Positions 55,980 through 64,000 of a DNA stretch of 64,000 bases are shown here, piece by piece. The stretch covers positions 352,001 through 416,000 of the forward strand of contig CBDBKM010000011.1 of NCBI GenBank assembly GCA_965206695.1, read 5' to 3'. The stretch's first letter is position 1. Every line of letters begins with the position of its first letter. Below the pieces are notes generated by a model. It saw only the letters and a list, made by a program, of their open reading frames with translations. It was not told the origin of the DNA and made no database searches. Position numbers and translations under genes: made by a program. This DNA is from Chlamydiales bacterium. Lineage in GTDB: Bacteria > Chlamydiota > Chlamydiia > Chlamydiales > JAAZZY01.

Positions 55980-55998
55980 CTGCCGCTTCGAACGGCAG
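55980..55998. terminator. GC-rich hairpin downstream of the SET gene
   Basis: CTGCCG-CTTCGAA-CGGCAG. Confidence 0.5.
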
Positions 55999-56919
55999 TT
56001 TTCCGCTATTCGTAAATATTTTTTGAATCCGGGATAGAAATGCATATCTTTTCTTAGCCATTTAAATCCATCTCTTGTGGTTCTTTTTTTATTTCAGATG
56101 CATACAAAGGGCCATAGTTTACAAGAAACTCTTCCCCTTTATGGATATCCTTATTAGCCACATAAAAATTTATATTTTTACCAAAAAGGACTACACATAT
56201 ATTATTCTCTCCTATTTTTTTAAAGTTTCCTAGCTGAGCAGTGTTTACCAAACTAAGCACATTTCCAGACGAAAATCCATTAATAGCGCGATGCGATGAG
56301 GATGTTGCAAATAGATATTCTGAAATTTTTCTTGGGCCTTGTTTTCGTTCTGCTTGCGATAAATCTTTGTTTTTACAAAGAGTACCTGCATAAGGTCCTA
56401 AAACTTCGAATTTTTTAATCTCTCTTTTTGCAAAAGCTGAACGTCCTCTATCTGGCCCTATTTCTATAGGGGTGGTAATCTCATAAATCTCATCCAACCG
56501 CTTTGTATATTCCATCCTATTCTTTTCGTTTAATGTTATCCACTCACACATGCTCTTCTTGATTTTAGATTTAATGTTCTTTATTTGTGGTTGGGCTAAA
56601 CCATCCAGGTAGCTCTTGAGGAAACCCCATTCTGAGACTTTCATCAAGGCTATTTCTCCTTCAGATTCAAATAAAAGGCTTTGTGTCTCATCCGCGGGGT
56701 TTTGCAATATGGGTAAGGTGTTGTTTATTTCACGATTAAATTTAGACGAACCGGTCACATTAAGATCTGAATCTGCATTATGATCTGAACACGGTTCTTT
56801 TTTTATCAACACAACCTCGCTGTCTACTGGAGTATTAGTTTCTTCAGACATAGATCCTCCTGGTCCTTTGTATTTAACCCTCTTTTCTTCCCTCCTTTTT
56901 TCCCACATTTTCTTCTTGG

Positions 56920-57183
56920 CATCAGACATTTTTTGTCTAGTTGCGGCAGTAACTATACGACCCTTTCCTTTACCCTTCATACCGGCAGACATTTTTTGTC
57001 TAGTTGCGGCAGTAACTATACGACCCTTTCTTTTACCCTTCATACCGGCAGATATTTTTGCTTTAGTTGCGTCAGTAACTATACGACCCTTTCCTTTACC
57101 CTGCATACTGGCAGATATTTTTGCTTTAGTTGCGTCAGTAACTATACGACTAGACAATTTTTGTTTAGTTGCGGCAGTAACTA
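56920..57183. repeat. 63-bp tandem repeats (21 aa), continuing at 58119-58225
   Basis: GTAACTATACGAC at about 56949, 57012, 57075, 57138. Confidence 0.92.
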
Positions 57184-58118
57184 TAGTACTTTAATTTTTA
57201 TTTGATAATATGTTATCCTTCTTTTTTTATACAAACAATAAGGACAAAACAATGCCTAGAGCCTATTCAGTAGATCTCCGAGAGAAAGTATTACAACATA
57301 TAGAAAAACATCATGATAAAAAAACAGCCGGCCATATTTTTCAAGTAGGTATCGCAACAATATATCGATGGATCTTGCAAAAAAAGCAAAAAGGACATTT
57401 AAAGCCAATCCGCAGAAAATATGCTTATAAGAAATTAGATGATGAGTTGTTATCTAAATATGTAGAAAAACATCCGGATTATTTTTTATCGGAAATTGCT
57501 GATTATTTTTCAGTCACTCCGCAAACGATTTTTTATGCCCTTAAAAGATTAAAAATTACACGAAAAAAAAAACTACTCGCTATAAGGAAAGAGATGAAAA
57601 GAAACGGGAAGCTTTTATGAAAGATTTAAAAAATATTCCCTTTGACAAGAGAATTTATCTCGATGAAACCGGGATTCATCAATTTTTATTTCGTGAGTCC
57701 GGAAGAAGCTTACGCGGCAAAAAAGTTTTTGGAGCGGTTTCAGGAAACCGCTTTATAAGGCAAAATATTATTTCAGCCCTATCTAAAGGGCAGTTTTTGT
57801 CTCCAATGTGTTTTGAAGGTACTTGTAATACCGGGTTATTCAATATTTGGCTTAAGGAAGTTTTGACTCCTCAGCTTACACCCGGTAGTGTTCTTATTCT
57901 TGACAATGCCGGTTTTCACAAGTCAGCGGAAAGCAGGAAAATAGTAGAATCTGCCGGTTGTAAGCTTATGTTTCTTCCTCCATATTCTCCGGACTTAAAT
58001 CCTATAGAAAAATATTGGGCTAATATGAAAAATAAAGTTAGAGAGATATTACGAAAAGTTACGAATTTTAAATTCGCCATTGATCAAGCAATCTTATCAA
58101 TATAAAATTAAATGACTA
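57184..58118 (+). mobile_element. IS630-family element with OrfA/OrfB in -1 frame
   Basis: TIR TAGTACTTTAATTTT / AAAATTAAATGACTA, TA duplication, A10 run at 57563-57572. Confidence 0.95.
57252..58105 (+). CDS. IS630 transposase OrfAB via probable programmed frameshift
   Basis: OrfA HTH; OrfB YLDETG, ILDNA, LPPYSPDLNPIEKYW. Confidence 0.9.
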
Positions 58119-59238
58119 TATACGACCCTTTCCTTTACCCTGCATACTGGCAGATATTTTTGCTTTAGTTTTTTTACTATGTGCATAACCCTTTCTTCTA
58201 CCCTTCATACCGGCAGATATTTTTTCTTCAATTGGTTGTTGGTTTGTTTGTGTAATAGAAGGCACAGCAAGGTTCGAAATGATCTCTTGTCTTTCACTGG
58301 TTGGAGGTGCTTGATTAATAACCGTGAAGACAATGTTTTGATGTTGTATGCTGGTTTGTATATTATTAAAAGTACTCATAAAATTTAATTTGCCCTATTT
58401 TGTGTTTATATAATATTCTATGAGAAGTAATTATAATTTTTATTTGTTAATTCTTTATTAAGAAGAACTGTTTGTTTGATAATTTACTACGGTTAATGAA
58501 GGCGGCTAAACCGCGTATTATGAATTAGTTATATATTTAATAGATCAACATTTCACAGATATCTGATTTTTTAATAAATCTTAAGAAAAACAAATAATTT
58601 CTTTCGCCCTTTCAACATCGAAGTGCAACAAACCGCTACAAATTAAACTTGTCTGAAGGTGGTAAAAAATCTCCTATGGTAAACGTAAGAAAACCAAGGA
58701 GGAAAGATGCCAAACGGCTACCGTCACTTAAACAAAGACAAGAGATGCCAATTGTATACCTTAATAAGAAGAGAAGATCCTATCACCTTAATTTCCAATG
58801 AGTTAAACGTAAATCGATCGACTGTTTATCGCGAGCTAAAACGAAATTGTGGAAAGCGTGGATATCGGTATCAACAGGCTCAAGAGAAGGCTTTAAAGAG
58901 ACGAGGCTCAAAAACTCAACAACGAAAGATGAGCAGTGTAATGATTGCCATTATCGAAGAGAAGTTAAGCGTGCAGTGGAGCCCCGATCAAATATCGGGA
59001 TGGCTGAAGAAGAAAGGGTATCAAGAAGCTGTAAGCCATGAGACAATCTATAACTATGTTTGGGAGGACAAAAAAAGAGGAGGCTTGTTGTATAAACACC
59101 TTAGACATAGTGGGAAGAAATATAACAAGCGAGGTAAAAATAGGGCCGGACGAGGATGTATTCCCGGACGGACAGATATTTCTGAAAGGCCTGATATCGT
59201 AGAGAAGAAAACTCGTTTAGGCGATTGGGAACTAGATA

Positions 59239-60332
59239 TACTCATCACGAATAAAACTCCGGATATTTTGTATTCGTATAGTGTAAATTATTTTGTATGA
59301 ATTCATTTTTAACACTATCAGAAGAAAAGCATCTCAGACAGCAACATAAACGAGAAAAGAATGGTCGTATACGAGATCGTATCAAGGCTGTTCTATTGTC
59401 GAATAAAGGTTGGAGTAATACTCGTATTGCTGAAGCTGTGCTTTTAGACGATGAAACAGTGTCTCGTCACATTAAAGAATATCAAAATAAACAGCAATTG
59501 CATGTAGAAAGCGGTGGTTCAGTCAGTAAACTTCTTGCGCCACAGTCAGAAGAATTCATTAAACATTTAACAACTCATACCTATGTCAAAGTAGAAGATA
59601 TCTGTTCTTATGTTCTCGCGAAATATGGCATTGTTTATACGATTTCAGGGATGACTTCTTGGCTACACTCACATGGTTTTTCCTATAAAAAGCCTAAAGG
59701 TACACCGGCTAAGGCAAATTCTGATCAACAAAAAGCTTGGATGCAATTTTACACCAAGCTTATGGCATCTCTGCCTAAAAATGAGCCTGTTGAATTTGCT
59801 GATGGTGTGCATCCAACTATGGCAACTAAAATTTCTTATGGTTGGATTCGACCGGGAACAAGTAAATTAATCGCAACAACAGCTTCTAGAACTCGAATGA
59901 ATCTTATGGGGTCTATCAATTTAAACAGTATGAAGGTAACAATAGATGCTTATGAAACATTAAATAGCGGTACCATGGCAAAACATTTTGCTTTATTACG
60001 GTCAAAATATCCCTCAGCTCCAAATATCCATCTTATTTTAGATCAAGGTCCTTATAATACAAGTATTCAGACCAAACAAGAAGCAGAAAAACAAGGTATT
60101 ATTCTCTATTATTTACCTTCTTACAGTCCTAACCTCAATCCTATTGAACGATTATGGAAAGTGATGAATGAATATTGTCGCAATAATCGGTTTTTTAATT
60201 CTGCTAAAGAATTTCGGAGATCGATTACCGGATTTTTTGAAAATACTTGGCCCTCTATTGCTCAATCAATGAGGACACGAATCAATGATCATTTTCAAGT
60301 CTTAGAATCGGCACTTTGATTCATAAGGGGTA
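59239..60332 (+). mobile_element. IS630-family element, 1094 bp (copy 3)
   Basis: Same ends, TA duplication. Confidence 0.95.
59297..60319 (+). CDS. IS630 transposase, 340 aa
   Basis: Protein appears identical to 18931-19953. Confidence 0.95.
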   Translation: MNSFLTLSEEKHLRQQHKREKNGRIRDRIKAVLLSNKGWSNTRIAEAVLLDDETVSRHIKEYQNKQQLHVESGGSVSKLLAPQSEEFIKHLTTHTYVKVEDICSYVLAKYGIVYTISGMTSWLHSHGFSYKKPKGTPAKANSDQQKAWMQFYTKLMASLPKNEPVEFADGVHPTMATKISYGWIRPGTSKLIATTASRTRMNLMGSINLNSMKVTIDAYETLNSGTMAKHFALLRSKYPSAPNIHLILDQGPYNTSIQTKQEAEKQGIILYYLPSYSPNLNPIERLWKVMNEYCRNNRFFNSAKEFRRSITGFFENTWPSIAQSMRTRINDHFQVLESAL

Positions 60333-60902
60333 TACAATCATAGGAACAGAAGGGAGCGGAGTCATTGTCTCAATGGTCGAAAGAGTCTCAAAGCTAACAA
60401 AACCGGAAAAAGTCTCGCGTAAAACCGCTGAGGAAGTAAAGGATGCGCTAGTAAACAGGTTAAGACCGGTCCAAAAATTTGTCATGACATTAACTGCTGA
60501 CAACGGGAAAGAATTTACTTACCATAAACAAGTGAGCCAATTACTTGAGACAAGTTTTTACTTTGCTACCCCCTATCATTCGTGGGAAAGAGGGCTGAAC
60601 GAGCATACGAATGGACTCGTTCGACAATATCTCCCTAAAAATAAACGGTTTGATGAAGTCTCAGCAGGTAATTTAAAAAAGATTGAGAACTTGCTTAACA
60701 ATAGACCCCGAAAAGTGTTAAACTTTTCAACACCGGAGGAGGTGTTTAACCGTCTCAGTAAGGAAGCAGCGAGTGTTGCACTTCGATGTTGAAAGGGCGG
60801 ACGATATCACCTAGAAAAAAAGAATAAAAAAAGGACCTAAATACCTTTATCTTTTCTTCATATTCGTTATCTAAACTTGGCCATCCTAATTTTATTAAAA
60901 AA

Positions 60903-61784
60903 ATGGGTTATATGTCATCTAAAATTGAAAACGCTTGGAATCTGTCATCGGAGGAAATTCAAAGAGATCATGTATTAAAAACATTTATTTCAAAACCGGA
61001 AAATTACCTGGGACGAAAATATTTTGACCTAACTTTTTCTAAAGATGAAAATAATGATTTGCTTATCCTTTTTGAAGGAGTCTATATGCCTTGGAATACC
61101 ATGCGAGATCAAGCGGATAAATTAGTTTGTACCGAAAACGGTGTTTCATTATTAGGCAAGCCATTTATCACACTTAACTTTAAAAATTATTTAAACAAAT
61201 ATACCATTGAAATAGTTTCAAGGCTTGATTACACCCCATATTGCCACAGTTTTATCAGGTTAATAAATCCAAAAGGAGAGATTCAAAGCTATAGTCTTTA
61301 TCCTATTGAAAGAATTACAATTCCCGGCATTTACCCATCAACCTGGCTTGATGTTCCCTTACATATTATGTTCGACTATCCGGCAGAAATTGCTTCTGCT
61401 GATCCTGTCGAATATCATTTAGAGCGAGCAGATAAAGTCACTGTCTTCACCTATACCATCGATGAAAATAAATTCAGTAAAGTTCAAAATTTTATTCTTA
61501 AAAATCCTAACCCATTGACTTATTCTATATCCAATAAGGGTGATAATGCTTTTAATTGTTCCGGCTGGATAAGAGAAGCGTTAAAAGTTACTCAACTTGA
61601 AATTCCATCAGGCGGAATAATAAGTACTTGGCAACAGTATTTTGGTATTGATTCTCCTTGGCGCTTAAACCAAGATTTACAAGCTATAGCTGAAAATCAT
61701 ACTATGTGCTCTTTTACAGATAAAAAAGAGGATATCACCATGATTAACTCACCTTACGCACGCACTCTCGTAAAGAGCGTTTGA
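60903..61784 (+). CDS. Hypothetical protein, possible permuted papain-like peptidase
   Basis: CHSFIRL...SYSLYP and YSISNKGDNAFNCSGW. Confidence 0.65.
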   Translation: MGYMSSKIENAWNLSSEEIQRDHVLKTFISKPENYLGRKYFDLTFSKDENNDLLILFEGVYMPWNTMRDQADKLVCTENGVSLLGKPFITLNFKNYLNKYTIEIVSRLDYTPYCHSFIRLINPKGEIQSYSLYPIERITIPGIYPSTWLDVPLHIMFDYPAEIASADPVEYHLERADKVTVFTYTIDENKFSKVQNFILKNPNPLTYSISNKGDNAFNCSGWIREALKVTQLEIPSGGIISTWQQYFGIDSPWRLNQDLQAIAENHTMCSFTDKKEDITMINSPYARTLVKSV

Positions 61785-61823
61785 TTCTGTAACCTCCTTA
61801 GTAGAAGGCGCGCGTAAGGTGAG
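61748..61823. mobile_element. 76-bp MITE with IS701-like ends
   Basis: TIR CTCACCTTACGC / GCGTAAGGTGAG; 7-bp direct repeat TGATTAA; ends resemble 18701. Confidence 0.85.
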
Positions 61824-61892
61824 TGATTAAGGTACGGAACAATAATTTTGAAAAGAAAGATACCCCTCAAAATTATTGCTCTATTTAATTTG

Positions 61893-62684
61893 TTAAGACT
61901 GTTGAGGTTCTAGATTCCATTTATAGTAAGTATGACATGCTAATGCAACACTTCCGGCTCCTGATAAAGCACCTAAAGTCAATTGAGACAAACCTTTTAC
62001 TATTTCAAAATCTGTAAGATTCTTAATACCCTTAGAAATGAAATAATAAGAAGCTAATCCCCCAATAGCCGTGGTTCCTATTCTTACAGGATAGGAATCC
62101 ATGAAAGAACCAATATTGTCTTTTGCGAAATCAAGAGATTCAGAGACTTTCTTTTCTTGCCAAAATTCATTAAGGCTCTCTTTAGCATTATGACATGTAT
62201 CCCCTATCCGCTCACCGGCCCAATTCATATTTTCATGTACCGCATCCATTTTCTTGCGTAACCAAGGAGAAAAGTCCCAAAAACCGGGATTGCTCGAATT
62301 GGAATTTGAATCAGTAAAACCTGAGCCTTGTGGGCCTGAAGCATCCGGACCACTCTGTGTTGAACCTTTTTGATTAGAATCAGGACCGGTTTGACCTGAA
62401 ACGTCCGGAGGCGCTTTTATGGTACCCGGAGAAGCACTCGGGGTTAGGGTGGATGATGCATTTGAAGATACCGATTCCGTAGCTTGGGTAAACGTTCCTC
62501 CTCCGGCCAAATTGTCACTATCAGAATGAAGAGCAGATGAGAACGTATCTTGATATAAAGATGGTGTAGGAGTAAGTTTCGAGGTTGAAGGTGAGGGTGA
62601 TAAGATTAGCGTTTCTTTTGCCGAAGAAATTTCGGTTTGAACAGTATCGCCCGGATTTGAATTTATTCCATTTGCTTGAAACAT
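61893..62684 (-). CDS. S/T/P/G-rich protein with two C-terminal hydrophobic segments (Inc-like candidate)
   Basis: Low-complexity N-terminal half; IGTTAIGGLASYYFI and LTLGALSGAGSVALAC. Confidence 0.65.
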   Translation of the reverse strand: MFQANGINSNPGDTVQTEISSAKETLILSPSPSTSKLTPTPSLYQDTFSSALHSDSDNLAGGGTFTQATESVSSNASSTLTPSASPGTIKAPPDVSGQTGPDSNQKGSTQSGPDASGPQGSGFTDSNSNSSNPGFWDFSPWLRKKMDAVHENMNWAGERIGDTCHNAKESLNEFWQEKKVSESLDFAKDNIGSFMDSYPVRIGTTAIGGLASYYFISKGIKNLTDFEIVKGLSQLTLGALSGAGSVALACHTYYKWNLEPQQS

Positions 62685-62803
62685 TTAAATATCCTTTTGT
62701 AAAAGAATTAATGATGGAAAATATTATAGATTCAGCACCATTAATCAACAAGCATTTCATTAAGTTACCGTTAAGTTTAATTAAGATTAGAGTAAATTAT
62801 TTC

Positions 62804-63175
62804 TTAATTTTCTGATTTCTTGTTTTTGGTTCGCTGTTTTCGCTTTTGTTTTTGTTTTCTTATTTTTTTTATTTCTTTAGCTTTAACTGATGTTTTAGGA
62901 AATAATTGAGCTTCAATTTGATCAACTAAAGTTCTAAAAGCTATAAACCGATTTTTATTTCTTTCCCTTTCTCTTTGACAAGTAACAAATAGACCTGTGG
63001 GAATATGCCGTACTAAGACACCATTTGAAGTTTTATTCTGCTTTTGTCCACCTTTTCCTCCTCCTCTTAAAAAAGTTTCTTTAATATCGTTCAGATCAAT
63101 ATTGAGATCTTCAATTTTCTTGAAAAGAGCTTGTAACTTTTTCTCACTAATATTAAACTTTTCGTTGAAACGCAT
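62804..63175 (-). CDS. Peptide chain release factor-like protein (stand-alone GGQ domain, ArfB-like)
   Basis: FLRGGGKGGQKQNKT, HIPTG, CQRER, basic C-terminal tail. Confidence 0.9.
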   Translation of the reverse strand: MRFNEKFNISEKKLQALFKKIEDLNIDLNDIKETFLRGGGKGGQKQNKTSNGVLVRHIPTGLFVTCQRERERNKNRFIAFRTLVDQIEAQLFPKTSVKAKEIKKIRKQKQKRKQRTKNKKSEN

Positions 63176-63250
63176 AAAAAACTTCCCAAAATTACATGTT
63201 TGGATTTATCGTGAGCATATAGGGTGGTTAACATCTCTCTGAGGAGAATA

Positions 63251-64000
63251 ATGGAGTTTATTAAATTTGTTAGGTTATATTTTGCCTTTTTTTTAATCTA
63301 TTCTTTTACATCCGCACATTCCTATCCATTTGATACTAAATGGAATTGGGACCATATTAATACGGATGATATCTTATTTCCAAAAGATTTTCTTTGGGGC
63401 TCCGCAACGTCCGAATTTCAGAATTCAGGAGCTAATCTTTGCCGGAACAGTAATTGGTCGGAATGGGAAAAGAGCTTGGATCATAATCAAAATCCACGCA
63501 TTAAGGGGGGGAATCTCTCCGGGGATTCTTGCGACCACTGGAATAGATATGGAGAAGATATCACTCTAATGAAACATTTTGGATTGACCTCTTATCGTTT
63601 CTCTGTGGATTGGAGTTTAATTGAACCTGAAGATGGAGTAATCGATTATGAAGTACTTGAACACTATATAGACCTTTGTCAGGAATTAAAAGCAAATAAC
63701 ATAACCCCAATGATTACCCTTCATCATTTTAACCATCCTAAATGGTTTGAAGACATGGGTGGATTTGAAAAAGAAGAAAATATTAACTATTTTGTTGATT
63801 TTGCTACCTTAGTATTTGAACATTTAGGTTCTGAAGTTTCCTTATGGTGCACGATTAATGAACCGGGAATCTATGCTTTCATGGGATATTATCTTGGTGG
63901 ATTTCCACCCGGAAAAATGAATACAGGCTTAACCGCTATTGTTTTAAAAAATCTACTAAAAGCCCATTGCCAAGTTTATCACACATTAAAAGCTTTGCCG
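63251..64000 (+). CDS. Glycoside hydrolase family 1 with signal peptide, truncated by window end
   Basis: FPKDFLWGSATSEFQ, YRFSVDWS, ITLHHF, WCTINEP; GAGGAG RBS; absent from the ORF track. Confidence 0.93.
   Translation, partial: MEFIKFVRLYFAFFLIYSFTSAHSYPFDTKWNWDHINTDDILFPKDFLWGSATSEFQNSGANLCRNSNWSEWEKSLDHNQNPRIKGGNLSGDSCDHWNRYGEDITLMKHFGLTSYRFSVDWSLIEPEDGVIDYEVLEHYIDLCQELKANNITPMITLHHFNHPKWFEDMGGFEKEENINYFVDFATLVFEHLGSEVSLWCTINEPGIYAFMGYYLGGFPPGKMNTGLTAIVLKNLLKAHCQVYHTLKALP

Larger units (their letters stand above)
56054..58379 (-). pseudogene. NUMOD3-like repeat plus SET-domain protein, split by IS630 (reconstructs to 462 aa)
   Basis: HSKKTKAKISASMQGK and related repeats; GRSAFAKREI...LGPYAG, IHKGEEFLVNYG; halves fuse in frame. 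Confidence 0.85.
58707..60792 (+). pseudogene. IS30 transposase split at GDWELD/TIIG
   Basis: 58707-59238 and 60335-60792 rejoin in frame. Confidence 0.92.
58605..60799 (+). mobile_element. IS30-family element interrupted by IS630
   Basis: Perfect 26-bp TIR CGCCCTTTCAACATCGAAGTGCAACA. Confidence 0.95.

Noticed and set aside
56868..57205. Plus-strand ORFs of 108 and 90 aa with repeats
   Set aside because: Antisense shadows of the 63-bp coding repeats
63330..63569. 79-aa ORF in the track
   Set aside because: Alternative frame inside the GH1 gene

Overview
AT-rich chromosomal segment, most likely from an environmental Chlamydiota bacterium (Pkn1 kinase-FGE fusion, SEC-C-Map, long FtsH and other chlamydial-type proteins). 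Core genes are ligA, mtaB, ispH, a DEAD-box helicase, map, rpsO-pnp, tilS-ftsH, lptF-lptG, sufBCDS, aconitase, Ni-SOD and tRNA-Leu(UAG). They are interspersed with a heavy, often nested load of IS630, IS30, IS605, ISAs1, IS701 and IS5 elements and MITEs. Four signals stand out. (1) CCGG is strongly enriched and CTGG/CCAG depleted, with repeated CTGG/CCAG-to-CCGG changes at conserved codons; this fits a Vsr-type repair bias tied to a CCGG methylase, though a basecalling artefact must be excluded. (2) An IS630-split gene reconstructs to a 462-aa protein with NUMOD3-like repeats, an NLS-like patch and a SET domain, a candidate nucleomodulin that looks recently acquired. (3) One IS605 with an intact-site TnpB coexists with four orphan omegaRNA-like right ends, all pointing into the 3' ends of convergent genes. 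(4) Several lineage-specific effector-like proteins are present (C-terminal J-domain, permuted papain-like, Inc-like). All calls are from motif recognition by eye; counts are hand counts and no database search was run.
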